A stretch of DNA of 64,000 nucleotides from an uncultured virus (IMG/VR IMGVR_UViG_3300032373_000005) (IMGVR_UViG_3300032373_000005), one strand, 5' to 3'. Positions 1-9,627 are shown, numbered from the stretch's first letter. Notes: generated from the sequence alone by a model not told the origin. Program-made: numbers and translations.

Positions 1-135
1 GCCGCATCCTCGGGCCACCGATCCACAGCCGGTGACGGTCAGCGAATGACCGCGCTGCGGTGGTGCTGACCTGTAGGTGGGTCGCCAGGGCGGACAGGGT
101 GAGGAGATCCTCGGGGCCGTAGATGAGCGCTGGCA

Positions 136-864
136 TCAGGGCAACTCGCCGAACATTTCCAACTGGTTCCACAACCGAAGCGTGCCCGGTGTCGTCGGGT
201 TTTTGTCAGGCCAGCGCAGCCCCTGAAAGCGTCGACGCGCAGCCTCGATGGTGTGCCGGACCCCGGCGGCGTAGCCGGCATCGTGGCCGCGCCACCACGG
301 ATCTGACCCCCTCGACTTGCGCTGAATCAGCGCTCGTCGTCGGAGGTGGGAATGGTTTTCGTAGATCGAGATCTCCAAAGCCTCAAGGGCCACCATTGCC
401 GCCGACATATCGCCGCCACCGGCATCTTTGAGTATGTCGCAAAGCGCGCCCTCTAGCAGGGATATCCTCTCAAACGTCTGCTCAAATAGGTAGCGCCCTT
501 CCTTGATGCCTCTGGCCTCCACCCAGGCGGCGTACCTCTCCGGTAGCCCGCCGTCGCATGTGCACGACCAGATACCGCCGAGCGCGCCGCCGACACAGAT
601 CGGGACATCCTTGCTGCACCGGTCCCACTCCCCCACCACGCCCTCGCCCTTGCAGTGAGGGCAGTCGGGATCGGCCCCAACCGGGACCACGTCGGGGATA
701 ACAAACCCGTATCCGTCGCATTCTTTACATTCAGGGTCAGCGTGCTTGGGCATGTCGCGGTGTGGGACGGGGCCTCCTGGGGGGCTGACGCACCCGCAGA
801 CGGTGGGCTGCTCAGGCTCCTCAGGGGCTCCGCCCGAGCAGTGCCGACAGAACATGACAGGCAT
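136..864 (-). CDS. hypothetical protein with CxxCxGxG zinc-finger repeats
   Basis: CKECDGYG and CPHCKGEG motifs; start overlaps the stop of the upstream gene. Confidence 0.6.
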   Translation of the reverse strand: MPVMFCRHCSGGAPEEPEQPTVCGCVSPPGGPVPHRDMPKHADPECKECDGYGFVIPDVVPVGADPDCPHCKGEGVVGEWDRCSKDVPICVGGALGGIWSCTCDGGLPERYAAWVEARGIKEGRYLFEQTFERISLLEGALCDILKDAGGGDMSAAMVALEALEISIYENHSHLRRRALIQRKSRGSDPWWRGHDAGYAAGVRHTIEAARRRFQGLRWPDKNPTTPGTLRLWNQLEMFGELP

Positions 865-1430
865 CAGCGATCTCCTCGTTCGTCCCAGGGCTCACAGTGG
901 TCAGGCTCTCCGCAGCACTCATCAGCGGGGAGACTGTTGGAGCACACCTGGCGCACCGTCGCAGTCGTTGTCGAGACGAGCGGGTAGACGGTCCAGGTCT
1001 CCGGCGCCATCGGCTTGTGGCACCCCAGGCACTCCGTTTGTGCCTTTCGCGCAGCCTCGACCTCATCGGCCGGCACATCGAGCCAGTCCGCACCACACAG
1101 ACCGCACTCCAGTCGGTGTGTCGTCGCAGTCGTCGCCAAGCGGTCCTGGTACGGATGCGGCGGTCGCTCGATGCGCTGCCAGCCGACCGTGCGCCGTGGC
1201 AGGTCACCCTTCTCCCACTCGCTGACGCCGTAGCCGATGCCCGGATCGACGCGCTGGTAACCCCAGACCAGCGGGATCTCTCGCATCGGGTGCGCCGGGT
1301 CAAACGGCGTTGCGTGCCGACAGGTGCGACGGAACGCAGAGATGCACGGATAGCCGCCCTGGTCCTCACCAGCGCACCAGTACAGCCCCTCGACCTCGGG
1401 CAGTGGCCCGGTTTTCCAGTCACCGGTCAT
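864..1430 (-). CDS. hypothetical phage protein (Cys pairs)
   Basis: Natural composition, CGLC/CLGC pairs, coupled to neighbours. Confidence 0.6.
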   Translation of the reverse strand: MTGDWKTGPLPEVEGLYWCAGEDQGGYPCISAFRRTCRHATPFDPAHPMREIPLVWGYQRVDPGIGYGVSEWEKGDLPRRTVGWQRIERPPHPYQDRLATTATTHRLECGLCGADWLDVPADEVEAARKAQTECLGCHKPMAPETWTVYPLVSTTTATVRQVCSNSLPADECCGEPDHCEPWDERGDR

Positions 1431-1470
1431 CGGCTCATCTCCTCATTGTTGAATGCTGTCGTTGCAGGCA

Positions 1471-1689
1471 TTACCAATCCCCACCTTCACACCTGCCCAC
1501 AATGGCGATAATCTTTGTTGGATCAGCCCCCCCATACGGGGCTTTGGTGAATGGGACGCATCCGGCGTCGGTCGCCCTCATCACGTTTAGATCCCCGCTG
1601 GCGAATAAAACGAGACGGGGGGGCATGTCCTTAACTACACGACGCAATCTGGCGATCCAACGCGCCTCCTCTTTTGTTGGCTCAGGCAT
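1471..1689 (-). CDS. hypothetical protein (MPEPTKEEARW...)
   Basis: ATG at 1689 in TGATG overlap with the upstream gene. Confidence 0.55.
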   Translation of the reverse strand: MPEPTKEEARWIARLRRVVKDMPPRLVLFASGDLNVMRATDAGCVPFTKAPYGGADPTKIIAIVGRCEGGDW

Positions 1690-1913
1690 CAGCTCTGCCT
1701 CCCCGTGAATCGAGTTCCCTTGTGGTTGGGGCAGAGGACGACCCCATTGGCGCGCTTGACCCATCCGGCCCGGTGAGAGTCCCCCCACGCCTGCCCCTTC
1801 GTCGAGCCAGCAAATGCTGCGAAGGCGTTGCACCCGTCAGCGTGGCAGTACAGGTGCAACTCGAAACCCTCGGACGGGCTCAGGCTGTTGTGCTTGGATT
1901 TTAGGAGGGGCAT
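1689..1913 (-). CDS. small hypothetical protein, likely Zn-binding
   Basis: ATG 1913 in TGATG overlap; C..C and GW...CPNH pattern. Confidence 0.55.
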   Translation of the reverse strand: MPLLKSKHNSLSPSEGFELHLYCHADGCNAFAAFAGSTKGQAWGDSHRAGWVKRANGVVLCPNHKGTRFTGRQS

Positions 1914-2344
1914 CAACTCTGCCCTCTTGTCGTCGCTACCAGCCACTCCAGATAGAGCAGGCACGCTTCGGTGGGGTCGGTGTGCCAGAAGTCGGTTTGC
2001 TCGATGTGCCCGCTGAGGGATTCGTCAGACCCTGTGAAGGTGTTGACATTCCAGCAGAAAGCGTTGATTTCACCGTTGTAGAATGACTCTACCCATACCC
2101 TCTCGACCCCCAGGGCCTCGGCTACGAGCAGGGGGAGTGCCGCACGAGTCAGGGGATCGCGGAGGTCGATGAGGTAACCCCGGTGGATCATCGATGAGTC
2201 AAGGCGAGCCCGCTGTTGTGTCGGGTTGCCGGGGCCATCAGGCTGATGCTCGGGGTGCCACAGCACCATCCCTCTGTGAGTCCAGAGATCCAGCGCCCGC
2301 GCCGCCCTGGTGAGCCTGCGGCTCTGGTCGAGTCGGTCGCTCAC
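1913..2344 (-). CDS. hypothetical protein
   Basis: GTGA overlap with the upstream gene; natural composition. Confidence 0.6.
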   Translation of the reverse strand: MSDRLDQSRRLTRAARALDLWTHRGMVLWHPEHQPDGPGNPTQQRARLDSSMIHRGYLIDLRDPLTRAALPLLVAEALGVERVWVESFYNGEINAFCWNVNTFTGSDESLSGHIEQTDFWHTDPTEACLLYLEWLVATTRGQS

Positions 2345-3213
2345 TTCGCCACCCGGTCATCGCCGAGGTCGTAGCTGGACAGGTCAGCCTGAGACACCCA
2401 CTCGTCGGCCTCGGCCTTCGCGCTGGCGCCATCATCGTGCTCGTCCTCGTGGTAGAGCCCCCACGTTCCATCGACGCCCAGGCCCTGAAGCTCCCAACGG
2501 GCGCCGCACATGGGGCCGTAGTCCTTGGCCTCCAGGCGCCAGCGCTCGCCGAGCACCTTGCGCCACTCGTCTCGACCGATCACGACCCAGCCACCCTCGA
2601 CAATGGCGTCGCCCGCGATGGCTGCCTTCCAGGCATTGTACGCGGCCTGCTCGGCACCCTCGAAGGTGTCGCTGTCTCCTGTGGCGAGGGTGCGGTCGCT
2701 GCCCTCCTCAACGCGGTAGACCTCCCAGGCGAAGGGCTCGTCGAGGGCCTGGTCGCTGATGATGAGCCCGATGCTGCCCGACATCCGCTTCGACCACGTC
2801 CGCTTCACCGGTGCGCTGTCCATGTTGAAGGACGCCTTCCAGTTTTTGTACTCCCAAGGGTTGCGGTAGGCCGCAGCCTTCGAGCGCAGCATCTCCGGGT
2901 TTACCGCCGGCTCTGGGGGCACCGGTGGAGCCGGGATCGGCTCCAGAAGAGGCATACCATCGACATCGTGGGTGATCTCCCAGGACTGGTCACAGATGTG
3001 GATGCCCGCCCCACACGCGATCTCCAGCTCCTCGTTGAAGTCGTCCTGGCCGGTCTCACCGAGGAGGTAGCCGTCGATGATCTCGTCCCACGCTGCGGGC
3101 TTGTACCCATCGGGGATCGGCTTCCGCACGAGCTGGCCGGCCCGGTACGACACACCGTTCTTGTCGGTCAGGGGGCGCCCACACTTGGGACACGGTCTCG
3201 TTTCGACGGTCAT
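2341..3213 (-). CDS. hypothetical protein, N-terminal CPKC
   Basis: 290 aa, strong GC3 bias, coupled at both ends. Confidence 0.7.
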   Translation of the reverse strand: MTVETRPCPKCGRPLTDKNGVSYRAGQLVRKPIPDGYKPAAWDEIIDGYLLGETGQDDFNEELEIACGAGIHICDQSWEITHDVDGMPLLEPIPAPPVPPEPAVNPEMLRSKAAAYRNPWEYKNWKASFNMDSAPVKRTWSKRMSGSIGLIISDQALDEPFAWEVYRVEEGSDRTLATGDSDTFEGAEQAAYNAWKAAIAGDAIVEGGWVVIGRDEWRKVLGERWRLEAKDYGPMCGARWELQGLGVDGTWGLYHEDEHDDGASAKAEADEWVSQADLSSYDLGDDRVAK

Positions 3214-3310
3214 GCTGTCTTCCTCTCGTCAAAAAGATTTGTCTGTGCCGGCGTCCACACCGGCGTTCTGGAGGAGGGAGAGTCTTTCTCCTCCTCCCAG
3301 ATGAAGAGGT

Positions 3311-4447
3311 TCATGCCGACCGCCGGAGCTGCTCGGCCTGAACAAGCGCACCGACCACCAACCCCAGCACCTCTGCGACCTGGGGGACGACGGCGTTGCC
3401 GAGCGCCTTCAGCCTGGCCAGTTCGACCTCGGGGGCTGGCGCTGTGCGGGGAGTCTCTCCCTCCCACGGTTGCCACGGGCGATCTCCCGACTTCGCCTGT
3501 GTCGACCACCCCCTCAACTGGGCGAGGAGGTCTCCTCGTCCGTTGTGCCCGGCGTCTGCGGATCGGGGTGTGGCGAATGGGTCCACCCCGGCGGGAAGCC
3601 CATGAGGAGTTCCACCCAGTCCGGGTTGAGAATACCGCCAACCTCTGTTCCCGAGCCCGTCTCGGAGGGCTCCTCGGGCGAGCTGGATGTCGGTAGCGCT
3701 GAACCGGGGAGACGGACGGCGACCGTCAGCGGCGTGCCGAAGCCGTTGCCGTTGCGCCCCTTCGCGGCCTGTTGAGACCTGCGCTCCTGCCAGGAGCGCA
3801 GGTCTTCCGTCAGATTGAACACCCCGGCGCTCGGCGTCGGCCACGCCAGCACCTGATTCTCCAGCCGCCCCTTGGGCCGCCCCTCGGCTGCGGCAATTCG
3901 ACTGGGACGGGTGCTCGCCGCCCTCGGCGTTCCCCAACCAGCCGATGAAGAACCAGCGATCGCGACGGTGCGGGGCGCCAACGGCCGCAGCGGGGATACA
4001 GTCCCAGAAACCATCGATCCCGAGCGCGGCCAGTTCCCCGAGAACGGCGGCGAGGTCTGCTCCACCGTTAGAAGCAGTGATGGCTGATACGTTCTCCAGC
4101 ACAATGAATTGCGGTCGAACCACACGCGCGATCCGGACGACTTCGTAGAAGAGGCCACTTCTGCTTCCTTTGGTGATGCCAGCCTGGCGGCCGGCGACAG
4201 AGATGTCCTGGCACGGAAATCCTGCGGTCAACAGATCGACGTGCTCCAGGTCGGGACCGACTGTCCGTACGTCGTCGTAGCGTTCAGCTTCAGGCCAGTG
4301 CCGCGCGAGGACTGCCCGGCAGAACGGCGCCGCCTCGACCTGCCACAGGGTAGCCACCTCGAGGCCCGACTCCGTGAGGCCGCGCTCCAGCCCGAGCTCA
4401 AGGCCGCCGATGCCCGAGAAGAGACCACCGATGGTGAAGGCGCTCAC
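3311..4447 (-). CDS. dcm: C5 cytosine DNA methyltransferase, alpha-type polypeptide
   Basis: Motif I LFSGIGG, IV GFPCQD, VI ENV, VIII HRRDRWF, X LGNAVVP; GTG at 4447 with GGAGG SD. Confidence 0.9.
   Translation of the reverse strand: MSAFTIGGLFSGIGGLELGLERGLTESGLEVATLWQVEAAPFCRAVLARHWPEAERYDDVRTVGPDLEHVDLLTAGFPCQDISVAGRQAGITKGSRSGLFYEVVRIARVVRPQFIVLENVSAITASNGGADLAAVLGELAALGIDGFWDCIPAAAVGAPHRRDRWFFIGWLGNAEGGEHPSQSNCRSRGAAQGAAGESGAGVADAERRGVQSDGRPALLAGAQVSTGREGAQRQRLRHAADGRRPSPRFSATDIQLARGALRDGLGNRGWRYSQPGLGGTPHGLPAGVDPFATPRSADAGHNGRGDLLAQLRGWSTQAKSGDRPWQPWEGETPRTAPAPEVELARLKALGNAVVPQVAEVLGLVVGALVQAEQLRRSA
3514..4158 (-). CDS. C5 methyltransferase beta-type polypeptide (motif IX) in an alternative frame inside dcm
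   Basis: WPTP motif and LNPDWVELLMGFPPGWT, the motif IX region missing from the main frame. Confidence 0.75.
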   Translation of the reverse strand: MASSTKSSGSRVWFDRNSLCWRTYQPSLLLTVEQTSPPFSGNWPRSGSMVSGTVSPLRPLAPRTVAIAGSSSAGWGTPRAASTRPSRIAAAEGRPKGRLENQVLAWPTPSAGVFNLTEDLRSWQERRSQQAAKGRNGNGFGTPLTVAVRLPGSALPTSSSPEEPSETGSGTEVGGILNPDWVELLMGFPPGWTHSPHPDPQTPGTTDEETSSPS

Positions 4448-4662
4448 GCTGCCCTCCTGCGCGCACGCCAGCGCCGCACCAGCTCCAGCCGGGCCAGCTC
4501 TCTGCGCGCTTCCGACCGAGCCCGCCGCAACGACCGCCGCCACCGACGCCGGGGGACGCGAGCCGGTCGACGTGCAGGCCGCTCCATGCGCCGAGCCTCG
4601 CCGAGCTCCGCCTCGATGCGGCAGGAGACCCAGCCGTGGGGGTGGCGACGCTGCCGCATCAC
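4444..4662 (-). CDS. small Arg-rich hypothetical protein
   Basis: Fills the gap with 4-bp overlaps at both ends. Confidence 0.4.
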   Translation of the reverse strand: MMRQRRHPHGWVSCRIEAELGEARRMERPARRPARVPRRRWRRSLRRARSEARRELARLELVRRWRARRRAA

Positions 4663-5312
4663 GACACCCCCAGCAGCAGCTTGGCCAGGCGCCGCGCCTT
4701 GGTTCGACGAGATCCGGAGGGGAGGACGGCGCGGAGGTAGAGGTGCAGCCCGGTCAGCGCAGGGTAGCGGCCCGCGTTGTACCGCTCGACCTCTTCAAGC
4801 CCCAGAAGCAGTCTCTTGGCACCCTTCCAGGCGTAGGCCGGCTCCCTTGGGTTGGTCTCAAAGAAGAGATGTTGAAACTCTATTGTCTTCGAGCGTACCC
4901 ACCAGATCGGGAACCGGTCGCTGGTCGCGCGCAGGATCGAGCCCACCAGTGACTCTCGCGGTGCCGGTTCCTCCGGGGTGCCCTCCACAGGGCCGCCCTC
5001 GTGCCAGATCCAAAGCGCTGCTGCGCGGAGGGTATGTCGGACATCAAAGCAGCACCCCATCCGGCTGCCAGGATCATCGACGAACCACCAGATGCAGCCG
5101 CACTCGATCACCCACGGTGCCGCGAGGTGGAGTTGGCCGCCCGTGTAGGCAGCGGCCAACTCTACCGCCTGTTCGCGCATCAGGATGTGCTGGTTGGTGT
5201 TGGTCTTCGTTGAGCCAACCCCTGACTCCAGCAGCCGAGCCACCTCGGAGATCGTCACCTTCAACTCGCGGCCGGTCAGCCCCTCGGTGCAGTCTTCCGT
5301 CAGCTCACGCAT
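4659..5312 (-). CDS. hypothetical protein (MRELTEDC...)
   Basis: ATG 5312 overlaps the upstream stop; natural composition. Confidence 0.55.
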   Translation of the reverse strand: MRELTEDCTEGLTGRELKVTISEVARLLESGVGSTKTNTNQHILMREQAVELAAAYTGGQLHLAAPWVIECGCIWWFVDDPGSRMGCCFDVRHTLRAAALWIWHEGGPVEGTPEEPAPRESLVGSILRATSDRFPIWWVRSKTIEFQHLFFETNPREPAYAWKGAKRLLLGLEEVERYNAGRYPALTGLHLYLRAVLPSGSRRTKARRLAKLLLGVS

Positions 5313-5899
5313 CAGGACACCGCCATCAACGCCATCAACGGCGTGTCCAACGCGCACGGCCGCAGCCAGTACGGCTCTCTCTCCAGCAGCAGCAGGCCCA
5401 CCGCGATCTCCAGGTTGTCTCTGTGCGTGACCATCCGGCCTCCCAACAGCTTGGGGTGGGACGACAGGCCACTCACCCACCAGCGGGCCGGGCCGCTGGG
5501 CAGATACGGCGCCAGACGCCCCGCCATCTCCCAGCACTCCTGGCGCTGACGGCAAAGATGCCCATGCTGGTCATCCATCGGGTCATCGAAGAGGTCGACG
5601 CTGTACGCATACTCTCGCGCTACGCCAGCCAGCGCCGCCAGCAGCCGGTCGTACAGGCCAACGGTGAACCCGTCACAACCGGCGACGAGCTGGCGGTGGT
5701 ACGTCAGCATTGCCGCCCACAGATGCAGCTCTGCCCGAACAAACCCGATCCCGTCGACATTAATGGACAGGTAGCCGCAGATGGAATCGACAAATACCGG
5801 GCTGTGGACAGGCTCCAACGAAAGGATCAGTTCCGTGGCCTGGTCGTGGTGCTCCCGCCAGAGCAGGTCGACGATGTTGTTGACGCGTTCAGACGGCAC
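5312..5899 (-). CDS. hypothetical protein
   Basis: 195 aa, coupled to neighbours. Confidence 0.6.
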   Translation of the reverse strand: MPSERVNNIVDLLWREHHDQATELILSLEPVHSPVFVDSICGYLSINVDGIGFVRAELHLWAAMLTYHRQLVAGCDGFTVGLYDRLLAALAGVAREYAYSVDLFDDPMDDQHGHLCRQRQECWEMAGRLAPYLPSGPARWWVSGLSSHPKLLGGRMVTHRDNLEIAVGLLLLEREPYWLRPCALDTPLMALMAVS

Positions 5900-6500
5900 A
5901 GGCCACCTCCCGCGCGGCGTCGCTCAGCCGCTCAGAGGGCTGCCGCCAGTGCCAGCCGATGACCGCGAAGGCTTCGCGCTCGGTGTAGACCTCCACCTGC
6001 CGGCCGTCCCCGTCGAGGATCAGCCCACCGGCGTGCCGGAAGCCCTCCCGCTTGAGCAGCGAGACGTAGCGGGTCGAGAAGTCGCTCGGCCCGGTGCGGA
6101 TGAGGAGTTGGCTGCCCCACGTCGAGGGCGTGGCCGTGAAGAGATCGACCGGCACGTCGTGCCACAGCAGCTTCCGCTGCTTCTTGCCGTTCCAGGGCGC
6201 CGCGCGACCGTTGATCGGCGGGTGCTTCTTGAGCGCGCTGCCGGGCTTGGCCACGGCCAGATCGAGCAGTCTCCACAGTCGACAGTGGAAGACCTCCTCC
6301 TCCTTCCCGAACAGATCGCGCGTGACCTCACGGCGCTGTAAGGGGATGGCGAGCAGTTCGATGTCCTTGACGGTCTCTCGACCGCGCCGGATGGAGCCGG
6401 CGATCACGATGCGATCACACGCCATCGACAGCCGGTCACGGAGGTCTTCGGCGAGCTCGCGGGCGCGGGCCAGGGGGATGCGCTCAGAAGGGGATGTCAT
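5889..6500 (-). CDS. minimal family X DNA polymerase / nucleotidyltransferase
   Basis: AGSIRRG..VKDIE, PVDLF and RTGPSDF match PolX palm and thumb motifs. Confidence 0.8.
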   Translation of the reverse strand: MTSPSERIPLARARELAEDLRDRLSMACDRIVIAGSIRRGRETVKDIELLAIPLQRREVTRDLFGKEEEVFHCRLWRLLDLAVAKPGSALKKHPPINGRAAPWNGKKQRKLLWHDVPVDLFTATPSTWGSQLLIRTGPSDFSTRYVSLLKREGFRHAGGLILDGDGRQVEVYTEREAFAVIGWHWRQPSERLSDAAREVACAV

Positions 6501-7080
6501 CGTTGTGCTCCTTCGATGCGGCCCGGAAGTAGGTGACACGGGTGCCGAAGTCCCTCTCGACACGACGATGCGCTCGGCCGGCTGCGACGAGCGCGTTGAG
6601 GTCTGTCCGGATCTGGCCGCGGGTCAGCTTCGTCAGGCCAGGATGAATCGCCACACGCCGCTGGTAGACATACGAACTGGTCGCCTCTCCCGGCAGGTCG
6701 AGCAGCCACATCCAGAGCTGGTGCCGGCTCCAGCCCGTCGAGGGCACTTCCTCGGCCATCTTCTGTCGGCGCTCCTCCAGCCAGCCCTTCCGCGCTGCGG
6801 TGACCGCCTGGCGCCCGGTGTCGGTGACCCGCCAGTACATACCGCTGACGTTGTTGCCCGAGAGCGCCGAGCCGCCCGTGGCCAGACCCATCGCGACGAG
6901 CGAGCGCCAGCAGTCGACATTGCGCCCAGCCACGCCAGAGAGGTAGTGGTTGCGGTAGCTGACGCTACCGCCCAACCCGGCGAGGGTGTTGGCCCGGTCT
7001 GCAACGCCGAGGGCGTGCGCCATCAGGTCGAGCTGGTAGCTGCTCGGCGCGGGAGGAGGAGAGAGGATCTCTTCAACCAT
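6484..7080 (-). CDS. hypothetical protein
   Basis: ATG 7080 lies in a repeated junction cassette; ends DDIPF. Confidence 0.6.
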   Translation of the reverse strand: MVEEILSPPPAPSSYQLDLMAHALGVADRANTLAGLGGSVSYRNHYLSGVAGRNVDCWRSLVAMGLATGGSALSGNNVSGMYWRVTDTGRQAVTAARKGWLEERRQKMAEEVPSTGWSRHQLWMWLLDLPGEATSSYVYQRRVAIHPGLTKLTRGQIRTDLNALVAAGRAHRRVERDFGTRVTYFRAASKEHNDDIPF

Positions 7081-7345
7081 TGGACACCCCGCGCGCAGCG
7101 GTGTACGCCTGGAAATCCGCAATGAACCTCTGGTTCCGCTCGGCCAGTTCCACCCTCCGCTCTGCGGAGGACTTCTCAGGGATCGACGTGGAGTAGGTGA
7201 TCTGGACGTGTCGGGAGTACCAGAACTCCTGCCCACACTCCCCGCAGTCCTCGTATCCTTCGTCGGCTTGGCTCTCCCATGAGTCCGTGTCCTCATATTT
7301 GCAGTGAGGGCAGACGATGTTCTCGGTGTGGCTCGTGTCAGCCAT
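7073..7345 (-). CDS. small zinc-ribbon protein
   Basis: CPHC...DSWE...CGEC. Confidence 0.7.
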   Translation of the reverse strand: MADTSHTENIVCPHCKYEDTDSWESQADEGYEDCGECGQEFWYSRHVQITYSTSIPEKSSAERRVELAERNQRFIADFQAYTAARGVSNG

Positions 7346-7745
7346 TGGACACCTCATCAGGAAGTACCGAGTCTTCAGCCCAGGTCCGCAGGTGTTCCCA
7401 AGCCTCCTCTTCGGAGGGGAACCACTGGGGCGAGCGTGTAACGACGCCGTTTCCCCACATCTCCCAGTGCCACCGAGGCCGCTGGGATGGGTCATAGAGG
7501 GGATGCTCAACCACCGACCAGACCCGCCCCCGGTAGTTCCGTGCCAGATTGGTGCCGCTCTGGGCGCGTCTGGTCATCTCCTCGAGGTCGTTCTTGTAGT
7601 ACGACACCCCGCGCTCCAGAACCGCAATCCGCTCATGCAGCGCCTGGATACCCGTGATCAGCTCCTCCACCACAGATGGGGGCTCGTCCTCGTTGTACCT
7701 GCTCCGCTCGATAATCAGCGGGCGGGTGTTGTTGGCGTCAGCCAT
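7338..7745 (-). CDS. hypothetical protein with coiled coil
   Basis: 135 aa, junction cassette at both ends. Confidence 0.65.
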   Translation of the reverse strand: MADANNTRPLIIERSRYNEDEPPSVVEELITGIQALHERIAVLERGVSYYKNDLEEMTRRAQSGTNLARNYRGRVWSVVEHPLYDPSQRPRWHWEMWGNGVVTRSPQWFPSEEEAWEHLRTWAEDSVLPDEVSNG

Positions 7746-8196
7746 TGGACACCACCGTCAGCCGGATACCCAGCGCCACGAGCAGCCCCCGGAGATCCTC
7801 GGCCTCCGCCCCGTCGATGCGGCCGGCGAGAGCCTGGAGGCGGAGAGAGACCCGCGGGTCAGCCAGCAGCGCCGCGCGGCCTGCGGTGACCGCATCGAGC
7901 GTCCGCGTCTTCTCCGAGAGGCGCTGCTCCAGCTCGGTGATGCGCGGCCAGAGGATGTCGGCCAGCGGCTCGCGCTCGGTATCGTCGACCAGTTCGCCAA
8001 GCAGAGAGGTCGCGGCGCAGTTCCCCTCGGGGCAGTCGACCACGACCGCGCGGTCATCGACTGTCACCGGCAGGCTATCCTCCAGGTAGCGCCCGCAGGA
8101 CGGGCAATACGGCTTCGGCGCCTCCGCATCGGCAGCAGTCGCGGCCTGGCGGCATCCGCCCAGCGTAGACAACGGGTACATCAAAAGTGCAGACAC
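7738..8196 (-). CDS. hypothetical protein (CPSC...CPEGNC)
   Basis: GGAGGAGG SD before GTG 8196. Confidence 0.65.
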   Translation of the reverse strand: MSALLMYPLSTLGGCRQAATAADAEAPKPYCPSCGRYLEDSLPVTVDDRAVVVDCPEGNCAATSLLGELVDDTEREPLADILWPRITELEQRLSEKTRTLDAVTAGRAALLADPRVSLRLQALAGRIDGAEAEDLRGLLVALGIRLTVVSNG

Positions 8197-8209
8197 GATC
8201 TCCTCCTCC

Positions 8210-8695
8210 CTACGCTGCCGAAGCAGCCAGCCGCCGACACAAAGAGCCGGCCAGATGGTGATCCAGGGCGACGAGTCGTCCCCTGCATCGGTGATGTTTC
8301 CCTGTCAGCACGAGGTACTGCGGGTAGAGGTCCACGAGAGCCCACTCGATGAAGCTCGCCAGCTTGTGGGGCTCCCACAGCTCCGAGGTGACAGCCAGCG
8401 CGATCACGCCATCCTCGCCGAACACTTCGTCGGCGGTGTAGACACGAGCGTGGCTCTCGCGTCCCTCGCTGTGCTCGACGTTTTCGACTACCGAGCAGTG
8501 GACCAGAACCTCCTCCGCGCCTTCTGGCCAGATCGCCGCGAGCACGACCTTCGGCGCCCACTCACACCAGCGCGCCAGCCGCGCGTTCTCGCACGCCACC
8601 TCGCCCGTCTCGGCGTGGTAGCCCTCGGCACCGACGCCCCACTCGGAGAGGTCAGCCGCCAGGAGGCTCGCGAGGCTGCGTACTTCGTCGGTCAC
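8210..8695 (-). CDS. hypothetical protein
   Basis: GTG 8695 overlaps the upstream stop; GC3 bias. Confidence 0.6.
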   Translation of the reverse strand: MTDEVRSLASLLAADLSEWGVGAEGYHAETGEVACENARLARWCEWAPKVVLAAIWPEGAEEVLVHCSVVENVEHSEGRESHARVYTADEVFGEDGVIALAVTSELWEPHKLASFIEWALVDLYPQYLVLTGKHHRCRGRLVALDHHLAGSLCRRLAASAA

Positions 8696-9039
8696 GCCGC
8701 ACGCTCGCAAGCGCGCTCGTGGGCGACCTCGTCGCGGCACTCAGCGAGCACCTGGCGCGCGTGCGCCTTCGTCGCCCCGTAGGCCACCAGCAGGCCGACG
8801 AGGTAGTCCTCGTACCCGCCCAGGCGGGGGCCTCTGTAGTAGCTGAGGGCCAGCCGCTCGACCTCCAGCCGTCGCGCCTTCCGCCATGCCTCGGGCGAAG
8901 CGTGGCCTGACCAGGGCGCATCCGCCTGGGCGGCGGGACGAGGGGTCCGTGCGCGGCTGATGGACGAGCGGCGGCGCTCAGAGGCGAGCCGCCGAGACAG
9001 CAGGCCGCGCCCGCTCTCGCGCGGGTCGGAGCTGCTCAT
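8692..9039 (-). CDS. hypothetical protein
   Basis: ATG 9039 in ATGA overlap. Confidence 0.5.
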   Translation of the reverse strand: MSSSDPRESGRGLLSRRLASERRRSSISRARTPRPAAQADAPWSGHASPEAWRKARRLEVERLALSYYRGPRLGGYEDYLVGLLVAYGATKAHARQVLAECRDEVAHERACERAA

Positions 9040-9614
9040 CGCTGACCCACGGGGCGCAGCTCGACAGCGCGCGGCAGGGCACACAGGCGCTGCCGCTGGA
9101 TCGGTCCAGCAGGCAGCTCGCACCCCGGCAGCGGGGCCGTGTCGTCGTCGTCGTCCAGATCCAGCGACCAGGGGTCGTCGAGCCACGCCTCCAGCTCGCC
9201 GGGGGCGAACCCCTCGTCGGGCTGCGCCTCCATCGCCTCTTCGTACTCGCCCGAGGTGACGCCGACCATCTGGCACGGGCTGACCCCGTCCGTGCCAGAA
9301 CACCGCGTGTCCAAGCACACAGGGCAGACCGCTTCACTGTTACTGCGATTTCTTCCGCCGTCGAGACGGACAGAAGGCGACCGATACTCGCTCTGGTCCT
9401 GCACCAGCGCCTCGCGCTGATCCGAGGGGGATGCCCCAGTGTGGCGAGCGTTCTGGCACACTGAGCGCGAGGCGTCAGTGGTCCGCATTACAGGCATTAC
9501 AGAAACCCTCGATGGGTTGGCGAAAGAGCACAGGTCAGGTATGACAACCTGAACAAGCGAGCAGGGGGCACCAGCCCAGGAGACGGCGATGCGAGTCGCG
9601 AATGGTGACAACAT
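9036..9614 (-). CDS. first gene of the leftward operon, hypothetical
   Basis: AGGAGG 10 nt before ATG 9614, just downstream of the leftward promoter. Confidence 0.5.
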   Translation of the reverse strand: MLSPFATRIAVSWAGAPCSLVQVVIPDLCSFANPSRVSVMPVMRTTDASRSVCQNARHTGASPSDQREALVQDQSEYRSPSVRLDGGRNRSNSEAVCPVCLDTRCSGTDGVSPCQMVGVTSGEYEEAMEAQPDEGFAPGELEAWLDDPWSLDLDDDDDTAPLPGCELPAGPIQRQRLCALPRAVELRPVGQR

Positions 9615-9627
9615 CGGCGCGCTTCCT

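Noticed and set aside
4448..4543. Upstream extension of the dcm ORF in the ORF track
   Set aside because: It overlaps the preceding gene; GTG 4447 has an SD and places motif I at the N-terminus.
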